64,000 nucleotides of DNA from Myxococcota bacterium (GTDB taxonomy: Bacteria; Myxococcota_A; SURF-8; G963663525), in NCBI GenBank assembly GCA_963676915.2, contig CAXXVK010000027.1, forward strand, positions 1 through 64,000. The letters run 5' to 3'. Position numbers and translations under genes: made by a program. Of the stretch, positions 11,718 through 23,171 are shown piece after piece (positions within the stretch are counted from its first letter, which is position 1; each line of letters starts with the position of its first letter). The notes below the pieces were generated by a model. It had not been told where the DNA came from, made no database searches, and saw only the letters and a program-made list of their open reading frames with translations.

Positions 11718-12890
11718 TCAACTCTTCTCGTTCCGTTTCCCGGTATCCACTCCAGCGGCTCGGCTTTCAAAGATCCGCCGCAGACCCGGTTGAATCTCCA
11801 GTCGCATGGCACCCGTAGGACAAACCGCATGACAGGCCGTGCAACGGATGCAGTTTTTCCCAACCACGATATGTCCTCGGCGGATATCGAGGCAGTCTAC
11901 CGGGCAGACCTTGAAACAGTTTTGGAGAAAAGCGCAACGTGACGGGTCGTGGCGCAGGCGTATCGAATGCTGCCGGACCCAGTAATTGGCACGCGTGACG
12001 GGAGCGGTGCGCTCGCTCCACGCCCGAGCCGGTTTTTCGAAGGGATGATAGACATCGCCGGAAGTCTTTCCGGTCCAGTGCAGTGCATCGGGATCGTCCA
12101 GCCCCCTCGCCTCGGCACGACGCATCAACGGCAGATCTTCGCGACCGAAACCGACACACAGCGCCGCCGCTCGATCCACGGTGAAAAGATCACTCCCGGC
12201 GAGAATCAATCCCGGTTTGTGGAACACATCGCCCACACCCGGCCCACGTCCGGCCAGCGCTTCGATGCCGTCGTAGATCGCTCCGGCAAAGCGGACACCG
12301 TAGCGCTTGAGCGTTTCATACAGGTCGAGAATGCCGTCCGCAAAGGCATCGACTTCCGGCATGCGAACGTGCAGCGCGCATTTGGTTGCGCCGGGAAGCA
12401 TGCCGATCAGCCCTTTGACGGCACCGGTCAACCCCACCAGGGTATGAGTTTTCAATTTCGGCACCTGAAGCACGGCCTCGGCGTCCAGAATGCAGCGAGG
12501 AACCCAGTATTCCGAGACGCGGGGATGGCGGGAGGCAAGCCGTTCGAACGGTCCACGGTCGAAATTGACGATTCGTCCCCCTGCGGCAAGCACCGCATCG
12601 GCCATGCCAGAGGCTTGAAACGCCTCGTCGGTAAATCCGAGGATGCCGGAGCTATCGCCGACCTGCACTCTTGCACCATGTTGGACAAGAACGCGTACGA
12701 TCGCTCCGACAAACGCCGGATGAGTGGTCAACGCCGCTTCGGGCGGGCTGCCTTTCATCATATTGATTTTCAACAACACGCGCTTGTTTTCCAACCCGCG
12801 CAGCATCTCCGCTTCACTGAGCACCGCGAGAATCTCGGCCTCGCACGTCTCGTAGCTTGGACACGTTCGAATGGAAACGCTATGCGTCAT
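11718..12890 (-). CDS. DUF362 domain protein with C-terminal 4Fe-4S ferredoxin-like domain
   Basis: KINM...TTHP, VGDS, PKLKTH..LTGAVK, C-terminal C..CP and CIRCTACHAVCP. Confidence 0.85.
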   Translation of the reverse strand: MTHSVSIRTCPSYETCEAEILAVLSEAEMLRGLENKRVLLKINMMKGSPPEAALTTHPAFVGAIVRVLVQHGARVQVGDSSGILGFTDEAFQASGMADAVLAAGGRIVNFDRGPFERLASRHPRVSEYWVPRCILDAEAVLQVPKLKTHTLVGLTGAVKGLIGMLPGATKCALHVRMPEVDAFADGILDLYETLKRYGVRFAGAIYDGIEALAGRGPGVGDVFHKPGLILAGSDLFTVDRAAALCVGFGREDLPLMRRAEARGLDDPDALHWTGKTSGDVYHPFEKPARAWSERTAPVTRANYWVRQHSIRLRHDPSRCAFLQNCFKVCPVDCLDIRRGHIVVGKNCIRCTACHAVCPTGAMRLEIQPGLRRIFESRAAGVDTGKRNEKS

Positions 12891-15057
12891 TCGCGGTTTC
12901 TCCTCGTTCCCCCGGCTCCTTTCGCCGGGAGCGCCATCCGATTCCCAGCAGAATCAAGACACTCAGCAGCCCCAAACCTGCCAGCAGCACACCATACGTA
13001 ACGGAAGCAGGGCGGTATTCCATCGTCAGGCGATGTTTCCCGCCAGGGACACGTACGGCGCGGAACGTTGCGTAGGCTTTGTGGATCGGCTTTGCCTCTC
13101 CGTCTAGCGTCGCCCGCCAGCCTTTCATGTACGTATCGACCAGCACCACCCAGCCGGGGAGGTCGCTGTCTACCGATAACTCTACACGATCCGGTTCGTA
13201 CCGAACGATTTCGACGCTCCCTTTTCCAGGGCCGGTTGCCGAACAGGGAAGCGGTTCGGGAAGCCCTGGTGTTTCGGCATCGAACAGAGCGCAATCGTAA
13301 GGCTGAAAATCCTCAGACGCCATGTGTTTTCGCAGGGTTGCGGCATTTTCAAAGCGTTTTTCTCCTGCAACGAAAAACGCACGCGGCCCGGCTTCGGTGT
13401 TCTCATAGAACAAGGTTCGATCCATCGAGCTGTAACAGCCTCTAGATTCTTCATATAAATATTTCCAACCGGGAGCTTCGACGGTTTTTCCGGCAAACAG
13501 CGTACGGATACCCAGAAAATCGATCACGGGAAGCCCAAGCGTGCTTTCTTTTTCGAAGGGCAACAGGCGCAGATCCGAAATATTGCGTTTGAAACAGCCC
13601 GGCTCGATAGCTTCGATCAGCTCGACGTATTCCCGCAGCATCATCGAATCGTAACCCTGGGCGTCGTGACGGTCGATGAGCATCGCCATGGACGGTGGCA
13701 GGCTCGATGTGGCGTAACGGGCCACTCGGTCGAGGGGATTTCTGCGGTCAAGACGCTCGAAGCAGGACATCTCGCCCATAACGTTGATTTCGTTTTCCGT
13801 TTGATAACTTCGCGTCGGCCAGTGAGGAATCAGCAACAGCGCTCCTACAAGAACCGCCAACCCCACCGGCGCACCGAGCAGACGCTGGAGCCGCTGCAAA
13901 CCAAAAGCGATCAACGCCGGATAGCAGACGCCCAACGGCATGAAAAACCAGTTCTGATCGATTTTGAAGTAATGGAAAAACGGCAAAGAATGATACAGGA
14001 AGTAATAAATCGGTCCACCCTGCGAAAATTCGAACGCCAGAACCGACAGCGCGGCCAATGTCAGGGGAATGACTTTTTTCTGAAACGCTCCGAACAGGCT
14101 CATCACGAATAGCGGCGGCCAAAGGCAGTAATCGCTATCCTGGCACAACAAAAGCTGACTCCAGCTCTCGCGCTTGCCGAAATGCCGGGTTTGCATGACC
14201 TGATCGAACGAGAAATTCCGAATGGAATCCTGCAATGCGTCGAGGGTGGAAAGAATCTGCGGTGCTCCGAGACACAGACCGAGCACGATGGCCGCCCCCG
14301 CAGCAACAAGCAACCAAAGGGCGGCGCGGTTCTCTTTCGTGGCGATCTTTCGGCCCGCTTCCACGAGAATCAGCACACAGGAGACGACCAGCACGTTGAA
14401 CGTAACCTGGATATCGCCCGAGTACATATTCAGGCCGTAGGATAGACCCAACAGTGCGACTCGTATGGGCGTCGGACGTTTGAGCAGGTAAATCAGCAGG
14501 ATGAGATTCAACAACCCCAACGCCTGGGGTTGGCGGTTGGTGACTTGGGTCAGAATTTCCTGTTGCAGGGATTCCCAACTGAAATACAGTGCTCCCAGCA
14601 GCGATGGAACAAACGATAACGACCAGTTCCGCAGTAGAACATAGAACAGAAACGCTGAAAATACCGCAAGAAACACCACGCCATGGATCAGAGCTACAAG
14701 AGCGGAGTCCTCCCATAAAAACAGCCACGTGATCGGCGAGACGGCCATGGTCTGGGCGTTGGCGAAGAACGGCATTCCTCCGGCGGTCATCGGATTCCAC
14801 AACGCCAGATCCCCTTGATGCAGACGATCGCGGGTGAAATCCTGCCAGGCAAGGTACTGGGTCGCGAAATCGTCGTAGGAACCGGAGACGAAAACATCCG
14901 GGGAGAGGAAAATCAACTTGTCCTGGCTGACAAGCGGCCACAGATAGAACAGCACGAAAACCAGAAGCACGACGAATGCCAGCGCATGTCCCCACGGCGA
15001 ACGGTCGAGGATCGCGAATCTATCCGGTGGCGCACTGGAAGACGGGCTAGCAGCCAT
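12880..15057 (-). CDS. YfhO-family (GT-C fold) membrane protein
   Basis: LWNP...GMPF.AN, multiple TM helices, DAQGYD, PRAFF, DTYMKGWRATLDG...G.H.L.M.YRP. Confidence 0.85.
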   Translation of the reverse strand: MAASPSSSAPPDRFAILDRSPWGHALAFVVLLVFVLFYLWPLVSQDKLIFLSPDVFVSGSYDDFATQYLAWQDFTRDRLHQGDLALWNPMTAGGMPFFANAQTMAVSPITWLFLWEDSALVALIHGVVFLAVFSAFLFYVLLRNWSLSFVPSLLGALYFSWESLQQEILTQVTNRQPQALGLLNLILLIYLLKRPTPIRVALLGLSYGLNMYSGDIQVTFNVLVVSCVLILVEAGRKIATKENRAALWLLVAAGAAIVLGLCLGAPQILSTLDALQDSIRNFSFDQVMQTRHFGKRESWSQLLLCQDSDYCLWPPLFVMSLFGAFQKKVIPLTLAALSVLAFEFSQGGPIYYFLYHSLPFFHYFKIDQNWFFMPLGVCYPALIAFGLQRLQRLLGAPVGLAVLVGALLLIPHWPTRSYQTENEINVMGEMSCFERLDRRNPLDRVARYATSSLPPSMAMLIDRHDAQGYDSMMLREYVELIEAIEPGCFKRNISDLRLLPFEKESTLGLPVIDFLGIRTLFAGKTVEAPGWKYLYEESRGCYSSMDRTLFYENTEAGPRAFFVAGEKRFENAATLRKHMASEDFQPYDCALFDAETPGLPEPLPCSATGPGKGSVEIVRYEPDRVELSVDSDLPGWVVLVDTYMKGWRATLDGEAKPIHKAYATFRAVRVPGGKHRLTMEYRPASVTYGVLLAGLGLLSVLILLGIGWRSRRKEPGERGETANDA

Positions 15058-15078
15058 CCTAAAAAACCTCCGAAAACG

Positions 15079-16173
15079 TTACAGTTCGCGTCGAAGCATG
15101 AAATCCGACCAAAATTGCAAAAAGTCCAGGTATTCGTTCGCTTTGAAACGCTCCAGTTTGTGCTTGGCGTTTTGGATGCGTTCATCGGCGAGCCGCCGGG
15201 CGTAGTCGATACCTCCGAGATCGCCAAGCAGTTTCGTGACCTCCTCGATATCTTCCAACCGAGCCTGAGAATTTCCGAGCGTATTCAACAGGATATCCCG
15301 CTGTTCGGGATTGGCCTCGCTTAAGGCACGGCGAACGATCAGGGTCTTTTTGCCTTCCCTGATGTCACTGCCGATGGGCTTGCCGAGACGTTTTTCGTCG
15401 GCGGTCAGTCCCAAAATGTCATCCTGCAACTGAAAAGCGACACCGCAATCTCTGGCAAAGCTTTCGAGCGCCACCACGTCGGGGTCGTCGAAATCTGCAC
15501 GATTTTTGCCGATCACTGCCCCCGCCGAAGCGGAAAAACCCAACAAAACGCCGGTTTTCAGCGTCATCATTTCCAGAATCAATGATTCGGGAATGGTTTC
15601 GATAGCCTCGTTTTTCATCGCGGCAAACCGAACGTCCAATGCCTGTCCACGAATCAGTCCGCCCAATACGTCCGTTTGCAAGCGTTGGATCAACGCCACG
15701 ACGACCTCGGGCGCAACGCGGGAATCACGGTGAAGATCGGCGAAGCAGGACACCGACCAGCCGTGTTGCAAATCTCCCGCGAGCAGAGCCATATCGCGGC
15801 CATAGGTTTTGGCCGAAGCGTCGGGAATGGCGGGGTCATCCAGGGCGAAAGATTGCACCAGCCGGTGGACCGTCGGTTCTCCGCGCCGAGTATCGTCGTT
15901 GTCCATGATGTCATCGTGAACGAGTGTCCAGGTGTGGAATAGCTCGATTCCGGCGGCGGCAGGCAATGCCGTTTCGGGATCGCTGCCCACCGCACCGCAG
16001 GCCATGCGCAACACTGCCGGACGCAGACGTTTTCCATTACGGAAGGGATAGGCTTCGACCGAGGACCGCAGTTCCTCCGGTCCCTCCTCGCAAGCGGCGG
16101 GATGATGTTCGAAGTAGCTGCGCAACAAGTGATCGGTATGCTTAAGGATGTCGAAAAAAGCTTTGGAATCCAT
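15079..16173 (-). CDS. Polyprenyl diphosphate synthase (short-chain GGPP/FPP type)
   Basis: GKRLRP, first Asp-rich motif HTWTLVHDDIMDNDDTRRG, KT, second motif FQLQDDILG, GK..GSDIREGKKT. Confidence 0.92.
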   Translation of the reverse strand: MDSKAFFDILKHTDHLLRSYFEHHPAACEEGPEELRSSVEAYPFRNGKRLRPAVLRMACGAVGSDPETALPAAAGIELFHTWTLVHDDIMDNDDTRRGEPTVHRLVQSFALDDPAIPDASAKTYGRDMALLAGDLQHGWSVSCFADLHRDSRVAPEVVVALIQRLQTDVLGGLIRGQALDVRFAAMKNEAIETIPESLILEMMTLKTGVLLGFSASAGAVIGKNRADFDDPDVVALESFARDCGVAFQLQDDILGLTADEKRLGKPIGSDIREGKKTLIVRRALSEANPEQRDILLNTLGNSQARLEDIEEVTKLLGDLGGIDYARRLADERIQNAKHKLERFKANEYLDFLQFWSDFMLRREL

Positions 16174-16324
16174 CGTTTGTTTCCTTGTTTCGTCGATTCC
16201 CTTCGAATCGTGGTTTGAGCGTGGTTTTCTCCCGAAAAAGACGCTAGTATCGTGAAAGGAAATCTCAAGGCCAGGATAATCTGCTTCCCTATACATTGGC
16301 AAGGGAACGATAGGACAAAAGACG

Positions 16325-16990
16325 ATGATGCGTGTCAAAATCTGTGGAACCGTTCATCCCGACGACGCCCGGCAGGCATCGCGCCTTGGGGCCGATGCGG
16401 TCGGTGTGCTGGTGGGCATGCGTCACAAAGCTGAGGATGCCGTTTCCCTCGAACGCGCCAAGGATATTTTCGCCGCGCTGGAGCCGTTTACCACGCCGGT
16501 GATCGTCACCCACGAAATCGAAGCCCACGCCGTGGCACGCCTGGTTGAAGCGCTCCATGTACGCACGGTCCAGCTTCACGACGATATTTCCCCCGAACAG
16601 ATCGAAATATTGAAAATGCGTTTTCCCTTTGGCCGTTGGATTAAAGCCATTGGCGTGCCGGGCGACGATCTCGAACGGCGCATGGCGTCGTATATCCCTC
16701 TGGTGGATGCCTTCGTCTTGGATAGCCACGAAGCGGCAGAGGATCGCATCGGGGGTACGGGAAAAACCCACGACTGGAGCATCAGCCGAAACCTCGTGAA
16801 ATTTTCGCAGGTTCCGGTGATCCTTGCCGGTGGTTTACGTCCTTCGAACCTGGAACGGGCGATTCGTCAGGTGCGCCCCTGGGGAGTGGATGTCAACTCG
16901 GGTGTGGAGCCGAATCATGGGAATCGCGACGGGAGAAAAGATCTGAAAAAATTGGAGAATTTTCTGCGTATCGCCAAGAGCGAAACATAA
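16325..16990 (+). CDS. trpF: Phosphoribosylanthranilate isomerase
   Basis: RVKICG, VQLH, GGTGKTHDW, ILAGGL.P.N, GVDVNSGVE. Confidence 0.93.
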   Translation: MMRVKICGTVHPDDARQASRLGADAVGVLVGMRHKAEDAVSLERAKDIFAALEPFTTPVIVTHEIEAHAVARLVEALHVRTVQLHDDISPEQIEILKMRFPFGRWIKAIGVPGDDLERRMASYIPLVDAFVLDSHEAAEDRIGGTGKTHDWSISRNLVKFSQVPVILAGGLRPSNLERAIRQVRPWGVDVNSGVEPNHGNRDGRKDLKKLENFLRIAKSET

Positions 16991-17023
16991 GCAATCCGAG
17001 CAGGAATTTTTTTCCATCCTACG

Positions 17024-17050
17024 AAAAAAGCCCCGATTTCTCGGGGCTTT
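17024..17050 (-). terminator. Intrinsic terminator for tpl (possibly bidirectional)
   Basis: AAAAAAGCCCCGA-TTTC-TCGGGGCTTT between convergent trpF and tpl. Confidence 0.8.
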
Positions 17051-17073
17051 GTGCATATCTCGGAAAATTTCGA

Positions 17074-18534
<1,461 letters not shown>

Positions 18535-18877
18535 CTACCGCCGGAAATTTCAAGACTTTTCGCGTTTTCCGTTTCGAACGGATTCAAGTTGTCCGGTCGG
18601 GTATTCTCATCCCGTTCATCCTTGCTTGCTCCTGAAGGCTCATCCGTATACAATGGTTCCAGTGACGGTTCGGATTTCTCGAACAAACCAGGTGGCGGAT
18701 TCCGTTGCAAACGGCAGGGTCAGGACGATTTCGCCTCCCGAGGAATCTCAGTGTTTTTTGCAGCACGATCGAAAGCAGCCCTTGGCTGAAAAAGTTGGTG
18801 ACGGTTGGGTATCGTTTTACTCAACCTGTTTACACGACACGGTTCCGACGAGAAAACCTACGGATAAGGCGTACACG

Positions 18878-19780
18878 ATGGAAAACTCGCAACCCAGCGA
18901 AACCAAAGAAAAAAACAACCTCCCAGCGGGTCTTTTGGAAGACCTTCAGGAGTGGTGGAACGATCATTTCGACCGGCCCTTCTCGGAAGTAGCCAGCGCC
19001 TTGCCCACCCAGTTGAACGAGTTCGGCTACGATCCGTTTGGGTTTCAACCCCAGGTGGTCAAGTATGCCCTGTATGTCACGTCCTGGCTGTACAAATACT
19101 ATTTTCGCGTGGAATTGCAGGGAGCGGCGAACATTCCCGAGGGCCGGGTGATGATGATCTCCAACCATTCGGGGCAGTTACCCATCGATGGCGTGATGAT
19201 CGCCACTGGCGTCCTGCTCGAAGGCAATCCCCCACGAGCCGTTCGGTCGATGGTCGAACGCTGGGCGCAGGTGCTGCCGTTCGTCAACGTGTTTTTCAAT
19301 CGGGTGGGTCAGATTCTTGGAACGCCGGAGAACGCCCGCGCCCTTCTGGAAATGGACGAGGCGTTGCTCGTGTTTCCCGAGGGAACGCGGGGTATCAACA
19401 AGCTGTGGTGGGATCGCTACAAGTTGCAGGATTTCGGTTTGGGTTTCATGCGTCTGGCATTGGAAACCCGCAGTCCCATCGTCCCAATTGCCGTCGTAGG
19501 AGCCGAGGAACAGATTCCGACGTTCTACAACCTCAAGAAAATCGCGGGGTTGCTTAAAATGCCCGCTTTGCCGGTTACACCGTTTCATCCCTGGCTGCCC
19601 GGTCTGGGCATGATGCCTCTTCCCACCAAATACCGGATCTGGATCGGCCAGCCGATGGAGTTCGACGGTGACCCCGAGGATGAGGACTCGGTGATTCAGC
19701 GCAAGGTCAACGCCGTAAAACAGCAGATTCAGGAAATGTTGACCTACGGTGTCAAAACCCGAAAATCCGTGTTCTTCTAA
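18878..19780 (+). CDS. Lysophospholipid acyltransferase (PlsC-like)
   Basis: NHSGQLPIDG (HX4D), VFPEG, GFMRLAL...PIVP.AVVGAEE. Confidence 0.88.
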   Translation: MENSQPSETKEKNNLPAGLLEDLQEWWNDHFDRPFSEVASALPTQLNEFGYDPFGFQPQVVKYALYVTSWLYKYYFRVELQGAANIPEGRVMMISNHSGQLPIDGVMIATGVLLEGNPPRAVRSMVERWAQVLPFVNVFFNRVGQILGTPENARALLEMDEALLVFPEGTRGINKLWWDRYKLQDFGLGFMRLALETRSPIVPIAVVGAEEQIPTFYNLKKIAGLLKMPALPVTPFHPWLPGLGMMPLPTKYRIWIGQPMEFDGDPEDEDSVIQRKVNAVKQQIQEMLTYGVKTRKSVFF

Positions 19781-19794
19781 TCTGTGAGGAAATC

Positions 19795-20781
19795 ATGGCG
19801 GAAAAACGATCCAGCGCCACGGGTAGGAAAAAGACGAAAACCGGAAAAAAATCGAAACCTTCGGTGCTGATTACGGGAATCTCCGGGCGCTTCGGTCGCC
19901 TATTGGCGCGACGACTGCACCGCAACAACCGGGTATCGGGCGTCGATATGCGCACCTATGCCGGTTTTCCAAAAGATGTGATTGTACACCATCACGATCT
20001 TCGGAAAAAACGCTGCGACGACCTGTTCCGTACCGAAAGCTTCGATGCTGTCTATCATATGGGAATCATTCACGATCCTCGTATCAGCCCCCAGGAACAC
20101 CGCGATTTCAACATCAACGGTACGCTGCGAATTCTCAACAGTTGCCGCAAATACGGTGTCAAGAAACTGATCGTGTTATCCACGGCGGCGGTCTATGGTC
20201 CGCACCCGAACAACCCGGTGTTTCTTTCCGAGGACGCCCCTCTTATGGCGGGTCTGAAATACACGCAGATTCGCGACCTGATCGAACTGGACATGACCGT
20301 GCAGTCGTTTTTCTGGAAAAACCGCCAGATGGACACCGTGCTGCTGCGGCCGGTGAGTGTCGTTGGACCGGATCTCAACAACACGCCGAGCCGCTACCTT
20401 CGCATGAAACGCACCCCCACGGTAATGGGCTTCGATCCCATGGTGCAGATCATCCATCAGGAGGACATGCTCACTGCCATGGAATTGTCCCTGCAACCCG
20501 GTATCAGCGGCATTTTCAACATCGCGGGACCGTCCGCCGCCCCGTTGAGCGTGCTGATTCGCGAAGCGGGAGGTACGCCGGTGCCGATTCCCAATCCATT
20601 GAGCAAAATCGTACTGAAAAAGGCGCGCCGCTGGGGTTTTTCGGATTTTCCCGCCCCGGAGCTGGATTATTCGAGATTCATTTGTACGGTCGATGACCGC
20701 CGTGCCCGCGAGGTGCTGGGGTTCACGCCGCAATACAGCGTCAAACAGACGTTGCGAGACCTCAAAAGAAGCTTGCTGTAA
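19795..20781 (+). CDS. NAD-dependent epimerase/dehydratase (extended SDR)
   Basis: LITGISGRFG, N..GT..IL, STAAVYG, GFDPMVQIIH.ED. Confidence 0.88.
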   Translation: MAEKRSSATGRKKTKTGKKSKPSVLITGISGRFGRLLARRLHRNNRVSGVDMRTYAGFPKDVIVHHHDLRKKRCDDLFRTESFDAVYHMGIIHDPRISPQEHRDFNINGTLRILNSCRKYGVKKLIVLSTAAVYGPHPNNPVFLSEDAPLMAGLKYTQIRDLIELDMTVQSFFWKNRQMDTVLLRPVSVVGPDLNNTPSRYLRMKRTPTVMGFDPMVQIIHQEDMLTAMELSLQPGISGIFNIAGPSAAPLSVLIREAGGTPVPIPNPLSKIVLKKARRWGFSDFPAPELDYSRFICTVDDRRAREVLGFTPQYSVKQTLRDLKRSLL

Positions 20782-20838
20782 TCGACGAAACCCACTACAG
20801 AGTCACTGTGAGTTCGACTCCAATGTTAAGGATGGTAC

Positions 20839-20996
20839 GATGGAGCAGTATTGTATCCCAATGCTGTTGACCTAAGTTAAAACTGTTTTCAGGTGGGTGG
20901 CACGGTCTTTGGCCGAAGGGCAATGGCCGTGAGATTCCGAGAGTTTGCACGGCCATCGATTCTTCGAATCGAAGACCGTGGCACCCGCCTCAGAAG
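20839..20996. mobile_element. MITE-like family B copy (one end recognisable) with GGGTGGCAC REP doublet at 20895..20986
   Basis: Core closely matches the reverse complement of 32375..32477; left flank GGAGCAGTATTGTATCCCAATGCTGTTGAC matches both ends of the 32330..32520 element. Confidence 0.7.
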
Positions 20997-21065
20997 TCCG
21001 AATTCCATAACGAAATTTTATGATACATCTTCATAACATCTTGAAATAATAAGGTAAAATTCTCC

Positions 21066-22103
21066 ATGAAGCTTTTCGATCATCCGCACCGCAGAAAAAA
21101 TCCCCTGACCGGCGAATGGATTCTGGTTTCTCCCCAGCGCTCCCGACGCCCCTGGCAGGGACAGATCGAAAAAACGACGCCTGCCCGTCGTCCGGCCTAC
21201 GATCCGAAATGCTATCTCTGTCCCGGCAATGCTCGCAGCGGTGGTCAGAAAAACCCCGAGTATGAGGGAACCTACGTTTTCGACAACGATTTCCCGGCTT
21301 TATTGGACTCGACACCTTCCGGGGAGTTTCGCAGTGGGTTGTTGGAGGCCGAAGCCGTATCCGGGATCTGTCGGGTGATCTGCTTCAGTCCACGTCACGA
21401 TTTGACCCTGCCGGAAATGGACGAAGAAGCGATAAAAGGCGTCCTATCCACCTGGATCGAGCAATACCGTGACATCTCCACATCCCCCGATATCTCCTAC
21501 GTGCAGATTTTCGAAAACAAAGGCGCGATGATGGGTTGTTCCAACCCGCATCCCCATGGACAAATCTGGGCTTCGTCCTCGATTCCGACGCTGGTGGAAA
21601 AAGAACGCGAAAAGCAAGCCGAGTATTTTTCCGAGCACTCAAGCGTGTTGCTGGCGGATGTTCTGGAGTTGGAACGGGAAAACAAAAGTCCTCGGATCGT
21701 GCTCGAAAACCGGCATTGGACGGTGCTTGTTCCGTTCTGGGCGACCTGGCCTTTCGAAACCCTGCTGTTGCCTCGTCGCATCGTCCGAACTCTGTCCGAT
21801 CTTGTGGCGGAGGAATGCGACTCGCTGGCGGTGATTCTCAAGAAACTGACGACCCTGTACGACAATCTCTTCGAATGCGAATTTCCTTACTCAATGGGTT
21901 GGCACCAGGCGCCATGCGATGAACTATCCAACGATTCCTGGATGTTACATGCTCATTTCTATCCGCCGCTGCTACGGTCGGCCACGGTACGCAAGTTCAT
22001 GGTGGGTTACGAAATGCTCGCCGCCTCCCAGCGGGACATCACTCCCGAACAGGCTGCCGAAAGGCTGCGCGGACTTTCGGACGTGCATTACAAGCATTCG
22101 TAA
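21066..22103 (+). CDS. galT: Galactose-1-phosphate uridylyltransferase
   Basis: [57 protein letters not shown]. Confidence 0.97.
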   Translation: MKLFDHPHRRKNPLTGEWILVSPQRSRRPWQGQIEKTTPARRPAYDPKCYLCPGNARSGGQKNPEYEGTYVFDNDFPALLDSTPSGEFRSGLLEAEAVSGICRVICFSPRHDLTLPEMDEEAIKGVLSTWIEQYRDISTSPDISYVQIFENKGAMMGCSNPHPHGQIWASSSIPTLVEKEREKQAEYFSEHSSVLLADVLELERENKSPRIVLENRHWTVLVPFWATWPFETLLLPRRIVRTLSDLVAEECDSLAVILKKLTTLYDNLFECEFPYSMGWHQAPCDELSNDSWMLHAHFYPPLLRSATVRKFMVGYEMLAASQRDITPEQAAERLRGLSDVHYKHS

Positions 22104-22164
22104 CATTCTTTGAATTTTCTCGCATTTTCTTTTTCACCCGAACCTTGTGATGTAAACGCTTTGT

Positions 22165-22193
22165 TTGACATTCCCTTGCGTTGTGGCTAATCT
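22165..22193 (+). promoter_or_regulatory. Sigma70-type promoter
   Basis: TTGACA-17 nt-TAATCT, 40 nt upstream of ATG 22233. Confidence 0.6.
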
Positions 22194-22232
22194 CGGCGAA
22201 TTGAGTAGGTATGGGTGAAAGGAAGAAAAAAT

Positions 22233-23117
22233 ATGAAAAAGATGGTCGTGTTGTGTGTACTGTCCCTGATCATGAGTTGGAGCCTTTTCGCCTGGGCGCA
22301 AGTTCCTGAAAACAAAGAGGAAACAACAAAAAACGCAGAGCAACAAGTAGCTCCTGTCAAGGATGCCGCCGCGACCGAAAAAGCCGTCGATGCGAAAACT
22401 GCACCCGCCGCTGAAGCCAAACCCGAAGTCAAAGAAGAAGATCCTTTCGTCTTTGCCGAGGAACTTTTAGGGCAGATGGAACGAGCGGTCCGCAAACTCA
22501 AAGGGTACACCTGCGAATTCCACAAACAGGAATACAAAGGCAAATTGCTACCCAAAGAAGTCATGATCATGAAATTCCAGGAAAAACCCAAACGTATCTA
22601 TATGAAATGGATCGGAAAGCACAAGCAAAACCAGGAAGTGCTTTGGGGCCCAGACTGGAACGACGGCGAACTCAAAGCTCACGAGGGTGGATTTTTCGGC
22701 TTTGTAACTGTCAACCTCGACATCAACGGCAAAATGGCGAACAAAGACAGCCGTCATCCGATCAGCGACGCGGGGTTTCGCGAACTGATGAAAAAGCTTC
22801 GTCGCGACCTCAACCTTTCCCGAAAATACAAAGATCAGGGCGTCAAATTCATCGATCACGGATTCAAGACCGTGATGGGTAAAAAAAGCCGTTGCTACGA
22901 GGCGCACATGCCGAAAGACCTGGATTCCAAATACTATTGTTACAGGGCGTATATCTGTGGCGAAGCCGATACGCACCTGCCCAACAGCGTGAAAATCTGG
23001 GATAAGGAAGACGGCAAGATGCGGCTCGTCGAGGATTACGCTTACACCAAAATCAAGCGAAATCCGAAATATACGGAGATGGATTTCAGCCCCAAAAACC
23101 CGGAATACAAATTCTGA
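22233..23117 (+). CDS. Secreted DUF1571-like (LolA-fold-related) protein
   Basis: Signal peptide; YTCEFHKQE, IYMKW, SRHPISDAG, LVEDYAY, DFSPKNPEY.F. Confidence 0.75.
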   Translation: MKKMVVLCVLSLIMSWSLFAWAQVPENKEETTKNAEQQVAPVKDAAATEKAVDAKTAPAAEAKPEVKEEDPFVFAEELLGQMERAVRKLKGYTCEFHKQEYKGKLLPKEVMIMKFQEKPKRIYMKWIGKHKQNQEVLWGPDWNDGELKAHEGGFFGFVTVNLDINGKMANKDSRHPISDAGFRELMKKLRRDLNLSRKYKDQGVKFIDHGFKTVMGKKSRCYEAHMPKDLDSKYYCYRAYICGEADTHLPNSVKIWDKEDGKMRLVEDYAYTKIKRNPKYTEMDFSPKNPEYKF

Positions 23118-23171
23118 TACCAACCGACGGACGTTTTCTTTTTTCCTGTTTTTTCTTGCGGATGCCAAATC

